Shown piece by piece: positions 1 through 10,940 of a DNA stretch of 64,000 bases. Source of the stretch: Bdellovibrio sp. (GTDB taxonomy: Bacteria; Bdellovibrionota; Bdellovibrionia; Bdellovibrionales; Bdellovibrionaceae); the NCBI GenBank assembly GCA_036676395.1, contig JAKFCY010000002.1:448001-512000 (forward strand). The letters are read 5' to 3'. The notes below the pieces were generated by a model, which made no database searches, had not been told where the DNA came from, and was given only the letters and a program-made list of their open reading frames with translations. The position numbers and the translations under genes are program-made. Within the stretch, counting starts at the first letter, position 1. Each line of letters starts with the position of its first letter.

Positions 1-783
1 GAATACGTTAATGCAAAACGTAAAGTGTTTAAAAACACAAACCAAGCTACGACTTCGATTTTAAATGCTGATGATAACGCGGTTGTTGAATTAGCCCGTG
101 ATCCTTCGGTTCAGCGCGGCCGCATTTTTTACTTCTCTAGAAAACCAGCTTTAGAACCACAAATCATGAATATCGGCGGAGCGGTTAATATCGGTGACGA
201 AATCAAGGTTCGCACTGGTCCAGATATCGAATCTTTCAGCGTCAAAGGCATTAAAATGAAAGGTAAACATTCTGTTGAAAACGTAATGGCTGCCTTACTT
301 TTAGCCCGTGAATACGGCGCAACACATGATCCGATTCAACGTGCGATCGATAATTTCGCAGGCCTTAAGCACCGTTTGGAGTACGTTCGCAAAGTGGGCG
401 GAGTTTTATTCTACAACGACTCAAAAGCCACTAACGTGCACGCTGTATTACGTTCATTAGACTGTTTTGATGAAAACGTAATTTTGATTGCTGGTGGTAA
501 AGACACTAATCTTAACTACGAACCTTTACGTAACATGATCAAACGTAAGGTAAAATGTTTAATTCTAGTGGGTGAGGCCAAAGAGCGCATCAACCGTGAT
601 TTAGGTGATTTTACTGAAACTTACCTGATCGGGACGTTTGAAGAGGCAGTTTTGATCGCTTATCAAAAATCTCGTATCGCTGACATCGTTCTACTTTCTC
701 CGGCTTGCTCAAGCTTTGATATGTTTGACAGTTACGAAGAGAGAGGCGACTATTTTAAAGAGATCGTCAAAAAATTCAGATAA
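1..783 (+). CDS. murD: UDP-N-acetylmuramoyl-L-alanine--D-glutamate ligase, C-terminal part (5' truncated by window)
   Basis: Frame open from base 1; motifs HRLE, YNDSKATN, LIAGG, LLSPACSSFDMF; directly upstream of ftsW. Confidence 0.95.
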   Translation, partial: EYVNAKRKVFKNTNQATTSILNADDNAVVELARDPSVQRGRIFYFSRKPALEPQIMNIGGAVNIGDEIKVRTGPDIESFSVKGIKMKGKHSVENVMAALLLAREYGATHDPIQRAIDNFAGLKHRLEYVRKVGGVLFYNDSKATNVHAVLRSLDCFDENVILIAGGKDTNLNYEPLRNMIKRKVKCLILVGEAKERINRDLGDFTETYLIGTFEEAVLIAYQKSRIADIVLLSPACSSFDMFDSYEERGDYFKEIVKKFR

Positions 784-835
784 GTTAACTTCGGTTTGCT
801 CCGTCTGGATTCATAATCTTTCGACGGAGTAGACT

Positions 836-1945
836 TTGAAAAACATCAAGCTTCAGACAAAATTTTTATCTTCTAGTCTTTTTCTATCTATTTTTGCGCT
901 TTTGGGCGTGGGATTAGTTCAGGTTTACAGTTCAAGTTACATTTTCGCGATCGAATCTTACGGCGATGGCCTTTACTTTTTTAAACGCCAAGCGATTTTT
1001 ACAGTTCTAGGTATTATCGCTTTAGTTATAGCTGTGCAAATTCCTTTCGAAAAAATTCGCAAATGGGGTTGGGCTTTGTGGGTCGCAGCTGCAGTGTTAT
1101 TGTTTGCGACATTTATCCCGGGTCTTGGGGTTCGCGTGGGTGGAGCTCTTCGTTGGATACAGTTACCTTTGGGTTTTCGTTTTGAGCCTTCTGAGTTATT
1201 AAAAATTGCTTTTAGTTTTTTGGTGGCAAGTATTGTGTGTAAACACCAAAACTCTTTACGCAATGTAAAAGCTGGCTGGCTTGGATTAATTTTATTGGTT
1301 CCGATTTTAATTTTATTGAAACAACCAGATTTTGGAAGTTTTGCAATTATCATAGCGGTGGGTGTTGCGCTGTTATTTACTTTTGGTTTGTCGATTAAAT
1401 ATTTATTCGCAGGCGGACTAGCTGCAATTCCGGCATTTTACTTTCTGGTATGGAACGTAGCTTATCGTAAAGCGCGTGTTCAGGCCTTTATAGACCCGTG
1501 GTCAGATCCTGCAAAAAAAGGATTTCAGGTTATTCAAAGTATGTTGGCAATCCATTCAGGTGGTTTGACTGGAGAAGGCTTAGGGCAAAGTCAGGGTAAA
1601 TTATTTTTCTTACCCGAAGCTCACACTGATTTTACCATGGCCATTTTAGGTGAAGAAAATGGTTTCTTGGGAATCTGTGCTGTCTTAATCTTATTTGGGT
1701 TTGTAGTGTTTCGTGGGTTTCGCATCGCCATCAAAACAGAAGATTTATTTAAAAAAACTTTAGCCCTTGGTTTAACAATCACTTTTGCGCTTTCGGTGTT
1801 TATTAATATGGGTGTAGTAATGGGGTTATTGCCAACTAAAGGTTTAACGATGCCATTTTTAAGTTACGGCGGTAGTTCGCTTGTGATTATTTGTTTTATG
1901 TTCGGCATTTTACTGAATATCGAAGCTTCAGAAAATTATCGGTAA
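836..1945 (+). CDS. ftsW: SEDS peptidoglycan polymerase FtsW
   Basis: Multi-TM; QPDFG, FLPEAHTDF, PFLSYGGSS motifs; between murD and murG. Confidence 0.95.
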   Translation: MKNIKLQTKFLSSSLFLSIFALLGVGLVQVYSSSYIFAIESYGDGLYFFKRQAIFTVLGIIALVIAVQIPFEKIRKWGWALWVAAAVLLFATFIPGLGVRVGGALRWIQLPLGFRFEPSELLKIAFSFLVASIVCKHQNSLRNVKAGWLGLILLVPILILLKQPDFGSFAIIIAVGVALLFTFGLSIKYLFAGGLAAIPAFYFLVWNVAYRKARVQAFIDPWSDPAKKGFQVIQSMLAIHSGGLTGEGLGQSQGKLFFLPEAHTDFTMAILGEENGFLGICAVLILFGFVVFRGFRIAIKTEDLFKKTLALGLTITFALSVFINMGVVMGLLPTKGLTMPFLSYGGSSLVIICFMFGILLNIEASENYR

Positions 1946-1951
1946 GAATCT

Positions 1952-3046
1952 ATGTCAGCGAAACAAAATAAAATTATCATTGCAGGTGGGGGAACCGGTG
2001 GACACATCTATCCGGCGATTTCAATTGCTGAGGCCATCTTAAAAAAAGATGCCACTGCTGATATTTTATTTGTGGGCACGCCCCAGGGTATGGAATCCCG
2101 TATTATTCCTAAAGCCGGATACAAATTAAAATTAATCCAAAGCGGAAAATTAAACATGAAGGGTCAGTTTTTTACTAAGCTAAGTACTTTAGTGAAAATC
2201 CCTTTCGGTATTTTGCAATCGTTCTGGATTATTTTAACTTATCGTCCGCAGTTTGTTCTGGGTGTTGGCGGTTATGCTTCTGCGCCCATGTTACTGGCGG
2301 CAATGCTTTGTGGTCGTAAGACAGCACTTTGGGAAGCCAATGCGCATCCCGGAATGGCCAATCGTTTATTATCTAAATTTATTTCTAAAGCTTACTTGGT
2401 TTTCGATGCAGCTAAAAAAGGAATGTCTTCAAAGCAAATTAGTGTTTGGGGTATGCCTTTACGTTCTGAAATTGAAAGAATTTGCGAAACCAAATCTATC
2501 AAGGCAAATTCGACATTCACCATCATTTGTACAGGCGGAAGCCAAGGCAGTATGTTTTTGAATGATCGGCTAAGTGATTTAATTCTGCAAAACCCGCAAT
2601 GGCATAACCAAATTAAAGTTTTTCATCAGACTGGGGTTCTGGATTTTAATCGCATTAAAGCTAAATACGCAGGTTTAGCCTGTGTTGAAGTGATGGATTA
2701 CATTTACGATATGCCAAGCTATTACCAGCAAGCTGATATGCATTTTTGCCGGGGCGGGGCCGGGTCGATTACAGAAACAGCAGCTTTTGGCGTTGTTCCG
2801 GTGGTTGTACCTCTTCCTGCAGCCGATAATCACCAGCAGCATAATGCTGAAGCGTTAGTGCGTGCCGAAGCAGGTTACATGTTATTACAAAAGCAATTTG
2901 ATCAAGAGCAATTTAAAAAAATTATCACTGAATTAATGCAAAATTCTTTACTTAAAAGTAAAATGTCAAAAAATCTAAAGCAATTGGTTCCACTAAAAGC
3001 CTCTCATAAAATTGCGAATGATATTTTAGAAAGTATTCAACTATGA
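1952..3046 (+). CDS. murG: Undecaprenyl-PP-MurNAc-pentapeptide GlcNAc transferase
   Basis: GGGTGGH, GGYAS, GGSQG motifs. Confidence 0.97.
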   Translation: MSAKQNKIIIAGGGTGGHIYPAISIAEAILKKDATADILFVGTPQGMESRIIPKAGYKLKLIQSGKLNMKGQFFTKLSTLVKIPFGILQSFWIILTYRPQFVLGVGGYASAPMLLAAMLCGRKTALWEANAHPGMANRLLSKFISKAYLVFDAAKKGMSSKQISVWGMPLRSEIERICETKSIKANSTFTIICTGGSQGSMFLNDRLSDLILQNPQWHNQIKVFHQTGVLDFNRIKAKYAGLACVEVMDYIYDMPSYYQQADMHFCRGGAGSITETAAFGVVPVVVPLPAADNHQQHNAEALVRAEAGYMLLQKQFDQEQFKKIITELMQNSLLKSKMSKNLKQLVPLKASHKIANDILESIQL

Positions 3047-4392
3047 AAATAGAAAAAGCCAAGTTTCATTTTATCGGTATCGGCGGCATCGGCATGTGCG
3101 GGTTAGCCGAATTACTTCACAATTCTGGAGCCGTAGTTACTGGGTCTGATGCCGGTGAAAATGCAAATACAGAACGCCTAAAAAACCTGGGTGTTAAAGT
3201 TTACAAAGGTCATCAGGCTGAAAATATTGTTGATATTGATGTGGTTGTTTATTCAAGTGCGATTCCATTTACGAATCCTGAAATTCGCGAAGCTAAAGCC
3301 AGATCAATTCCGTTAATTCCTCGGGCTGAAGCTTTAGCTGAAATCATGCGTATTCGCCGCGGTATTGCGGTTGCTGGAACACACGGTAAAACTACAACGA
3401 CATCTATGATTTCTTCAATCTTTCTTGAAGCCGGTCAAAGCCCTACAATTGTTGTGGGTGGTCGTTTTGAAAGAATTAAATCTACAGCTATTTTAGGTAA
3501 AGGTGATTGGTTAATCGCTGAAGCCGATGAATCAGACGGAAGTTTTAATAAACTTTCTCCCGAAATTTCAATTATCACAAATATTGATTCAGACCATATG
3601 GATCATTACAAAACTTTTGAAAATCTTAAAAAAGCGTTTTTAGAGTTTGCTTACCGTGTTCCGTTTTACGGCGCAGTAGTTGTATTTGGTGATGATCCCA
3701 TCACGCGTCAGTTGTTTGATAATTTTAATAAAAGAATTTTATTCTACGGTTTTAATGAAAATAATGACTACGTTCTAAAAGGCGAAAAAGGTAATTACAC
3801 TTTATCTAAAGCCGGAAAACTTTTAGGCAGCTTTAAAATTCAATTGCCGGGGTTACATAATGCTTTAAATGCAACAGCTTCAATTGTTGCTGCGATGGCT
3901 GCGGGAATTGATTTTGAATCTTGCGCTAAAGGTATTGAGCAATTTGAAGGTGTCGATCGTCGGTTTCACTTTAAAGGCGAAACTCACGGTATTAAAGTTT
4001 ACGATGATTACGGTCATCATCCTACAGAAGTTCGTGCAACGCTGCAGGCTTTCAAAGAAAAATTCGATAAAAATAGGCTTGTGGTTTACTTTCAACCACA
4101 TCGTTATTCGCGCACCCAACACTGTTGGCAAGATTTTAAAACCTGTTTCGTGCAAACGGATGTTTTATTATTAGGTGATGTCTACGCCGCCGGCGAAGCA
4201 CCAATTCCAGGAATTTCTTCTGAAAAACTTATTGAAGAGATGAATCAAAAAAATACTGTTCATGCTCCTAAGGCTGATCAGTTGCAAATGATCTTAAAAG
4301 AACTGCGTACAGGTGATGTGTTTTTAACTCTGGGTGCCGGCGATGGCTGGAAATTAGGTTTAGATGTCCTTGAAAATCTCGCAAAACGTTAA
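3043..4392 (+). CDS. murC: UDP-N-acetylmuramate--L-alanine ligase
   Basis: GIGGIGM, GTHGKTTT, EADESDGSF, DDYGHHPTE, FQPHRYSRT. Confidence 0.97.
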   Translation: MKIEKAKFHFIGIGGIGMCGLAELLHNSGAVVTGSDAGENANTERLKNLGVKVYKGHQAENIVDIDVVVYSSAIPFTNPEIREAKARSIPLIPRAEALAEIMRIRRGIAVAGTHGKTTTTSMISSIFLEAGQSPTIVVGGRFERIKSTAILGKGDWLIAEADESDGSFNKLSPEISIITNIDSDHMDHYKTFENLKKAFLEFAYRVPFYGAVVVFGDDPITRQLFDNFNKRILFYGFNENNDYVLKGEKGNYTLSKAGKLLGSFKIQLPGLHNALNATASIVAAMAAGIDFESCAKGIEQFEGVDRRFHFKGETHGIKVYDDYGHHPTEVRATLQAFKEKFDKNRLVVYFQPHRYSRTQHCWQDFKTCFVQTDVLLLGDVYAAGEAPIPGISSEKLIEEMNQKNTVHAPKADQLQMILKELRTGDVFLTLGAGDGWKLGLDVLENLAKR

Positions 4393-5257
4393 GCTTGCTG
4401 AATACACATCATGGATGGTCGGTGGTAACGCCGATCATTTTTGTTTGCCACAAACTCTTGAAGAGTTAAAAGAGGCGATCAGCTATGCTAAAGAAAATAA
4501 TTTGGCGATCACCATCCTAGGCGGCGGCACTAATGTTTTAGTTTCTGACGATGGCGTAGCTGGGTTAACCATTTGTTTACGTAGGCTTTCTAAAATCGCT
4601 TCGGTTGAAAAAGATGGTAAACTCCATATCGAAGCTTTATCTGGTACGGCAAAATCTGAGTTATTAAAAACTTTTTTAAAACAGAAACTAGCCCCAGCAC
4701 TATTTTTAGCCGGTCTTCCGGGCGATGTCGGTGGTGGCGTGGTGATGAATGCAGGCGTTGCTGAAGCATTTGTACCGCGTGAATTTATGGATTTTGTCGA
4801 CTGGGTTGAAGTAATGACTTTAGATTTAGAAACTATTCGTCTTGAAAAAAATCAGCTCAACATTAAATACCGTCACACCGATGGCTGGCAGCCGCATATT
4901 ATCGTGAATGTCGGCATGAGCTGGCCTCTTGAAACAGATCCTACGATCTTAGATAAAGTGCGCGAGGCAAATAAAATTCGTCTGAGTAAGCAGCCTTTAG
5001 ATATGCCTAGCTGCGGTTCGGTTTTTAAAAATCCCGAAGGTCATAAGGCCGCACAGCTTATCGATAGCACGGGCCTAAAGGGGTTTCGTGTGGGAGATGC
5101 GCAGGTTTCTCTAAAACATGCAAATTTCATCGTGAATCTTGAAAACGCTACCGCAAAGAACATCTCTGATGTGATTGCTCATGTGCAAAAGACTGTTGAA
5201 AAAGACAAAGGCGTAAAGCTCACCACAGAAGTCGTTCGTTTGGGCCGCTGGTCGTAA
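4364..5257 (+). CDS. murB: UDP-N-acetylenolpyruvoylglucosamine reductase
   Basis: LGGGTN, MNAG, SCGSVFKNP, HANFIVN. Confidence 0.96.
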   Translation: MSLKISQNVKLAEYTSWMVGGNADHFCLPQTLEELKEAISYAKENNLAITILGGGTNVLVSDDGVAGLTICLRRLSKIASVEKDGKLHIEALSGTAKSELLKTFLKQKLAPALFLAGLPGDVGGGVVMNAGVAEAFVPREFMDFVDWVEVMTLDLETIRLEKNQLNIKYRHTDGWQPHIIVNVGMSWPLETDPTILDKVREANKIRLSKQPLDMPSCGSVFKNPEGHKAAQLIDSTGLKGFRVGDAQVSLKHANFIVNLENATAKNISDVIAHVQKTVEKDKGVKLTTEVVRLGRWS

Positions 5258-5374
5258 GCGCAAACCATCACACTAACGCAAAATTTAGCCGCGTCATTTG
5301 ATTATAGTGCAATCGCACTATGGATATTCGTTTCATCATGAGACATTTTTAATAATAATTTTTCACTTCTTAAC

Positions 5375-5402
5375 TCAACGTTGGTCGAGTTCGCGCCGAT
5401 AA
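5375..5402 (+). promoter_or_regulatory. Putative sigma28 (FliA)-type promoter of hpf
   Basis: TCAA-N16-GCCGATAA; the -10 matches the FliA consensus exactly. Confidence 0.55.
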
Positions 5403-5427
5403 ATAAGTAACTCAAAGGAGACGCTCT

Positions 5428-5799
5428 ATGAAGTCGAACTATACGTTCAAACATCTCGATTACTCTGAATCCCTGGTCAACTACACTAACGAGAAATTGG
5501 ACGAAATCGGTAAATTCTTGCTTAAAGAAGGACGTTGTACAGTTTATTACTGGAAGGACCATCACGAATTTCATTGTGAAGTGTCGATCAACTCTAAAGA
5601 AAAATTTTTTAAAGCTCATGGAACAGCTACCGACGTTTATGTCGCAGTTGATTTAATGATCGATAAAATGGAAAGACAATTCTTAAAAGTAAAAGAGATC
5701 TATCAAGATCATAAGAAATTTGATCTATCTAAAGAAGGTCGTATGAAAGAGATCAACGATCAAATGGAATACTTACCCAAAGGCCGCAAGGTCGCTTAG
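5428..5799 (+). CDS. hpf: Ribosome hibernation promoting factor (HPF/RaiA family)
   Basis: N-terminal TFKHLDYSESLVNYTNEKL and C-terminal DVYVAVDLMIDKMERQ pattern; AAGGAG RBS. Confidence 0.85.
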   Translation: MKSNYTFKHLDYSESLVNYTNEKLDEIGKFLLKEGRCTVYYWKDHHEFHCEVSINSKEKFFKAHGTATDVYVAVDLMIDKMERQFLKVKEIYQDHKKFDLSKEGRMKEINDQMEYLPKGRKVA

Positions 5800-5824
5800 G
5801 TCTAAATTGCAGAAACCAAAACCC

Positions 5825-5861
5825 AGCCCCGTCGGACCTAAAGCGAACGGGGCTTTTTTTT
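5825..5861 (+). terminator. Rho-independent terminator
   Basis: AGCCCCGT...ACGGGGCT stem followed by T-run. Confidence 0.8.
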
Positions 5862-5883
5862 AACCCAGGCTACGGGAATTTTC

Positions 5884-6438
5884 ATGCATATTAAGAATAT
5901 AATTCTGACAAGTTTAATCGTTATAACAGCCACAGTTTCGTATGCCACCGATACGCGCGATATCGGCGAACAAGAAGGTGAGTTTGTTGTTGAATTGCGC
6001 CAACGGTCTGTAGAAGATATGGCCGAATCAACGGATAAGACTCAAAAATACATTCTTATTGTCGGTCAAAATAAAGATCTGACTAAAGATGATCTTATAG
6101 CAATTAAAGACTGTGTACTAGAAGTCCCGGCCACTGAAAAAAATAAACTGCTTCAGATGTTTGATGCCGAAGGTTCAACGGTTAGTGCACTTGCAGATAA
6201 TCTTCAGGCGCTTGCTTGCCAGAATTTCACCGCAGAACGTGAAAAAAAGGATCAGGTCGCATCAGTAACAACACCAAATTTCACCGGACTAAATGACTTT
6301 ATCTCAGAACATATGTTTAAATGCATTGCCGATCAGGTTGATAAATCTAATTGGACAAAAGTTGAAGATCGCGGTTTTAAAATTCCCAATTCATATTCGT
6401 TAGAAACAATTAAAAGATATTGTCCCAAGGGTTCATAG
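5884..6438 (+). CDS. Hypothetical secreted protein
   Basis: 184-aa ORF with Sec-type signal peptide (VSYA|T) and 4 Cys. Confidence 0.65.
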   Translation: MHIKNIILTSLIVITATVSYATDTRDIGEQEGEFVVELRQRSVEDMAESTDKTQKYILIVGQNKDLTKDDLIAIKDCVLEVPATEKNKLLQMFDAEGSTVSALADNLQALACQNFTAEREKKDQVASVTTPNFTGLNDFISEHMFKCIADQVDKSNWTKVEDRGFKIPNSYSLETIKRYCPKGS

Positions 6439-6639
6439 CCTGAACTCGTCTTTATATCTACGGGGGCTTTTTTTGTCTCACTCTGAGATATTTAGCGCTC
6501 TTATTCACACAACATAATTATTGTAATGAAACATCGACTTGTTATTCGCTTGTCGCGACCAAAGGCCTAGTATTCTGTTATCAAGTTGCAGAGTGATCTG
6601 CATCAGAGAAGAATTAAGGTATTCACGAAGGAGTGTTAC

Positions 6640-7179
6640 ATGAAAAATTTAATTATGATTTGTTCTTTAGTATTAGTTGGTCAAATTGCAAATGCTGGTG
6701 GGTTTGTTGAGCCGTATATTGGTTATGCTAACAGCAAGCTTGAAGGTACATTCATTCCAGCTCTCGGTGGCACAAGTACTGAGTCAAAAGTTAAAGGACC
6801 TGTTTTAGGTTTACGTGCTGGTTATCAATTCGTATTGCCTTGGGTTGCATTAGAGGTCTCTCAATTTAACGGCGAAGATGATAGCAGTCCATCGAACGAT
6901 GTAAAAGGTACTGATATCGGCGTAACGGCTGGATTAAGCTTACCAATCGTACGCCCGTATGCAGGCTATGTTTTTTCATCTAAAACTGAAGTTGGGTCTA
7001 CTGAGTATACAGGTACAGCTATGAAAGTTGGCGTTGGTTTCGGATTCTTGCCATTAGTTCACTTAAATGTTGAGCTTATCAACACTGAGTTCAAAGAAAT
7101 TAATGGTAATGATATTGGCGTATTCTTTTCAGATCTTAAATCTAAAACGACAGCTTTCACAATCAGTTACGTATTCTAA
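6640..7179 (+). CDS. Small outer-membrane beta-barrel protein
   Basis: ATG 6640 after AAGGAG; signal peptide (ANA|G); alternating beta strands with G-x-Y patterns; C-terminal SYVF beta-signal. Confidence 0.8.
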   Translation: MKNLIMICSLVLVGQIANAGGFVEPYIGYANSKLEGTFIPALGGTSTESKVKGPVLGLRAGYQFVLPWVALEVSQFNGEDDSSPSNDVKGTDIGVTAGLSLPIVRPYAGYVFSSKTEVGSTEYTGTAMKVGVGFGFLPLVHLNVELINTEFKEINGNDIGVFFSDLKSKTTAFTISYVF

Positions 7180-7206
7180 TCTAAATTTGATTGCGAATTT
7201 AAAAAC

Positions 7207-7238
7207 AAAAAAGCCAGGCTCAACACCTGGCTTTTTTT
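7207..7238. terminator. Bidirectional intrinsic terminator
   Basis: AAAAAAGCCAGG...CCTGGCTTTTTTT between convergent genes. Confidence 0.85.
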
Positions 7239-7263
7239 ATTCCTAAAATCGAATTTCAAGAAA

Positions 7264-7731
7264 CTATTTAAAAATACAAGATAACGTGCGCTCATCACCA
7301 GCGATGTATTCAACGAAAGTAAGTTGTACTGAATCTTTAGAATTCTTCTCAATCTTAACATCTTGGTAGCTGTCAGAAAAATCCTGTTTAATTGTAATAC
7401 CTTTTTCAGTTTCACTAACGTTGAATAAGATATCGCTTACGTATTCTTCAAAAATTAAGGCTTGAGCATATTCATCAGCTGATGATTTCATCGAAAGCTC
7501 TTCTTCGCCGGTTTTAGTGTTAATTGCCAATTCGCAGGCATTACCTTCGGTAGACACGCCCTGTTGGATACCTTCAGGTAGGCCACCTTCACGTAATAGC
7601 TGCATGAGTTGGCTTTTGTTCAATAATTTATCGCTTGGAGTTGCATCTGCTGCAAAAGAAACAGAATTTACTCCATAAACTAAAGTTAAACTTACGGTAA
7701 GCGTTTTAAGCGTTTGGGCTAATATTTTCAC
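7264..7731 (-). CDS. Hypothetical secreted protein
   Basis: GTG start with AAGGAG RBS; signal peptide (SFA|A); two Cys. Confidence 0.65.
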   Translation of the reverse strand: MKILAQTLKTLTVSLTLVYGVNSVSFAADATPSDKLLNKSQLMQLLREGGLPEGIQQGVSTEGNACELAINTKTGEEELSMKSSADEYAQALIFEEYVSDILFNVSETEKGITIKQDFSDSYQDVKIEKNSKDSVQLTFVEYIAGDERTLSCIFK

Positions 7732-7914
7732 TCGAGAACTCCTTTGGGGTTAAGGTATTAAACACTGCCAAGATACTATGCAAAAACGGTTTTGGGTGGG
7801 AATACTGCAACCCTTGAAGAAAAGTTAGAACTGTCCAAACCTTAGACATTGATTCCGCTCTAAAAATGCAGTAATTTTCAATAGTTTTTAACGAAGTATA
7901 AGGAATAGAAAAAG

Positions 7915-9084
7915 ATGAAAAATTATATTTTTACTAGCGAGTCAGTTTCTGAAGGTCACCCAGATAAAATGGCGGATCAAATCAGTGATTCAATTCTTGA
8001 TGCTATCTTAGCGCAAGATCCGAAAGGCCGCGTTGCCTGTGAAACATTATTAACAACTGGTCTTATTGTTGTTGGCGGCGAAATTTCGACTTCTGCAAAA
8101 ATTAATTTTACAGATATCGCCCGTGATGCTGTTAGACGCATTGGTTATGATCACTCTGATAAAGGTTTTGATTACAAAACTTGTGCGGTGATGATTGCTG
8201 TTGGTCAACAGTCTCCAGATATCGCTCAGGGTGTTAAAGACACTGGTTCTGATGAACAAGGTGCTGGCGATCAAGGTTTAATGTTTGGTTATGCAACGAA
8301 TGAAACTCCTGAGTTCATGCCGTTATCTTTATCTTTATCTCACAAATTAGTTAAAGACTTAGCAGCGCTTCGTAAAGAAGGTCGCGTTAACTGGTTACGT
8401 CCTGATGCTAAATCTCAAGTTTCTATTCAGTATGAAAATGGAGTTGCTAAGCGTATTGATACAATCGTTTTATCTACTCAGCATGCTGATTCAGTTTCAA
8501 ATGCTGATCTTAAAGCTTTCATCATGGAAGAACTTGTTCAAAAATCTATTCCATCTAAATGGGTTGATAGCAAAACTAAATTTCACATCAATCCAACTGG
8601 CCGTTTCGTAACGGGTGGTCCGATGGGTGATGCAGGTCTTACAGGTCGTAAGATCATCGTAGATACTTACGGTGGTCACGGTGCCCACGGTGGTGGTGCA
8701 TTCTCTGGTAAAGATCCTTCTAAAGTAGATCGTTCAGCGGCATATGCTGCTCGTCACGTAGCTAAAAATATCGTAGCTGCTGGCTTAGCTGAGAAATGTT
8801 TAGTTCAGGTATCATATGCAATTGGTGTTGCTGAACCAGTTTCTATCGCCGTAAATGATTACGGAACTTCAGTTGTTGGATCTGAAAGATTAGCTGAAGC
8901 GGTTAAAAAAGTTTGGGATCTACGCCCATCTCGTATTGTAAAAGAATTTGATTTATTAAAACCAATTTATGTTCCGACAGCGGCTTATGGTCACTTCGGT
9001 CGCGAAGAAAACTTAGATAAAGGTTTCTTCTCTTGGGAAAAAGTAAACAAAATCGAACAACTAAAAGAAGCTGTAAAGTCTTAA
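7915..9084 (+). CDS. metK: S-adenosylmethionine synthetase
   Basis: [35 protein letters not shown]. Confidence 0.98.
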   Translation: MKNYIFTSESVSEGHPDKMADQISDSILDAILAQDPKGRVACETLLTTGLIVVGGEISTSAKINFTDIARDAVRRIGYDHSDKGFDYKTCAVMIAVGQQSPDIAQGVKDTGSDEQGAGDQGLMFGYATNETPEFMPLSLSLSHKLVKDLAALRKEGRVNWLRPDAKSQVSIQYENGVAKRIDTIVLSTQHADSVSNADLKAFIMEELVQKSIPSKWVDSKTKFHINPTGRFVTGGPMGDAGLTGRKIIVDTYGGHGAHGGGAFSGKDPSKVDRSAAYAARHVAKNIVAAGLAEKCLVQVSYAIGVAEPVSIAVNDYGTSVVGSERLAEAVKKVWDLRPSRIVKEFDLLKPIYVPTAAYGHFGREENLDKGFFSWEKVNKIEQLKEAVKS

Positions 9085-9108
9085 TGAGTATTGAGCCGGA
9101 GGCTTATT

Positions 9109-10917
9109 TTGAGTACAGATCCTAAGTACATTAGAAATTTTTCGATCATCGCCCACATCGACCACGGTAAATCTACTTTGGCCGATGCGCTGCTATCGTA
9201 TACGGGTTCATTATCTGACCGTGAACAGAAAGATCAATTTCTAGATAATATGGATCTTGAGCGCGAGCGCGGAATCACGATTAAGGCGCAAACTGTGTGC
9301 CTAAGTTACCGTTCAACGGTTGATAAACAATTGTATCAATTAAATTTAATCGATACGCCGGGGCACGTGGATTTCTCGTACGAAGTTTCTCGTTCTTTGG
9401 CAGCTTGTGAAGGCGCAATTCTAGTCGTTGATGCCGCACAAGGTGTTGAAGCGCAAACATTGGCTAACGTTTATTTAGCGTTAGAAAATAATTTAGAAAT
9501 TATTCCTGTTTTAAATAAAGTCGATCTTCCTACCGCTGATCCGGTGGGCGTAGCTAAACAAATCGAAGACACTGTTGGTCTTGATTGTACTGACATCGTG
9601 CACGCGTCGGCGAAAGAAAAGATCGGTATTGCTGAAATTCTTGAAGCGGTGATTGCAAAAGTTCCACCTCCTAAAGAAAATCGTTCTTCAATTTTACGCG
9701 GCTTAATTTTCGATTCATGGTTCGATGCTTATCAAGGCGTTGTAATCCTGGTGCGCGTAATGGAAGGCATGATCAAAAAAGGCGATAAAATTAAATTCAT
9801 GGCCACTGATCGTGATTATGAAGTTTTACGTATGGGTAAATACACTCCATTTCCAGATTTCGTTGATAATCTAGATTCAGGCGAAGTGGGCTTTATCATT
9901 TGCGGTATTAAAGATATTCGCGATGTTAAAGTGGGCGATACTGTGACATCGGCTAAAAATGGCGCGACTGAACAATTGCCTGGTTTCCAAAAAGTTAAAC
10001 CGATGGTTTTCGCAGGTATTTTTCCTGTCGTAGCCAGCGAATATCAAAACTTAAAAGATGCATTAGATAAATTATGTCTTAACGATTCTTCATTATCATT
10101 CGAAGTCGAAAAATCATTAGCTCTTGGTTTTGGATACCGTTGCGGCTTCTTAGGTCTTCTGCATATGGAGATCGTGCAAGAACGCTTAGAGCGCGAATTT
10201 AACTTAAATTTAATCACGACTGCTCCAACGGTTGTTTATCGTATTACTAAAAACGACGGCACTGTTTTAATGTTAGAAAATCCATCAGGAATGCCTGATG
10301 AAACGCAGATTCAGTTAATGGAAGAGCCTTATGTTAAAGTCACTCTCCATACGCCAACTGATTACATCGGAAGTCTTATCAAACTTTGTGAAGATAAGCG
10401 CGGTATTCAGCAAAGAATGGAATACGTAAACGAGAAAAAAGTGATCATTGAATATCATCTGCCGATGAATGAAATGGTTATGGATTTCTATGATCGTTTA
10501 AAATCAATTACTAAAGGTTATGCCTCATTAGAGTATGAATTTTTAGATTTCCGTGAAGCTGATCTGGTTAAGATGGATATCTTAATCAATAGCGAACCGG
10601 TTGATGCTTTATCTATTATTATTCACCGCTCTAAAGCTGTGACGCGTGGTCGTCAGCTAGCTGAAAAGATGAAAGAGCTTATCCCTCGTCAACAATACCA
10701 AGTGAATATTCAAGCTTCATTAGGAGCTAAGATTATTGCACGCGAGACATTAGGGGCCATCAGAAAAGACGTGACGGCGAAATGTTATGGTGGTGACATA
10801 TCTAGGAAGCGTAAATTATTAGAAAAACAAAAAGAGGGTAAAAAACGCATGAAGCAAATCGGCTCTGTCGATGTGCCTCAGGAAGCCTTCTTAGCAATTC
10901 TAAAAATCGAAGACTAG
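9109..10917 (+). CDS. lepA: Elongation factor 4
   Basis: [34 protein letters not shown]; probable TTG start 9109 after GGAGG. Confidence 0.97.
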   Translation: MSTDPKYIRNFSIIAHIDHGKSTLADALLSYTGSLSDREQKDQFLDNMDLERERGITIKAQTVCLSYRSTVDKQLYQLNLIDTPGHVDFSYEVSRSLAACEGAILVVDAAQGVEAQTLANVYLALENNLEIIPVLNKVDLPTADPVGVAKQIEDTVGLDCTDIVHASAKEKIGIAEILEAVIAKVPPPKENRSSILRGLIFDSWFDAYQGVVILVRVMEGMIKKGDKIKFMATDRDYEVLRMGKYTPFPDFVDNLDSGEVGFIICGIKDIRDVKVGDTVTSAKNGATEQLPGFQKVKPMVFAGIFPVVASEYQNLKDALDKLCLNDSSLSFEVEKSLALGFGYRCGFLGLLHMEIVQERLEREFNLNLITTAPTVVYRITKNDGTVLMLENPSGMPDETQIQLMEEPYVKVTLHTPTDYIGSLIKLCEDKRGIQQRMEYVNEKKVIIEYHLPMNEMVMDFYDRLKSITKGYASLEYEFLDFREADLVKMDILINSEPVDALSIIIHRSKAVTRGRQLAEKMKELIPRQQYQVNIQASLGAKIIARETLGAIRKDVTAKCYGGDISRKRKLLEKQKEGKKRMKQIGSVDVPQEAFLAILKIED

Positions 10918-10940
10918 GGGCTACTACGCCCGGGATTTTT

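Noticed and set aside
5302..5619. Antisense and alternate-frame ORFs over core genes (e.g. 5302-5619, 973-1353, 44646-44978, 51402-51788)
   Set aside because: They overlap well-supported genes and have no RBS or recognisable motifs.
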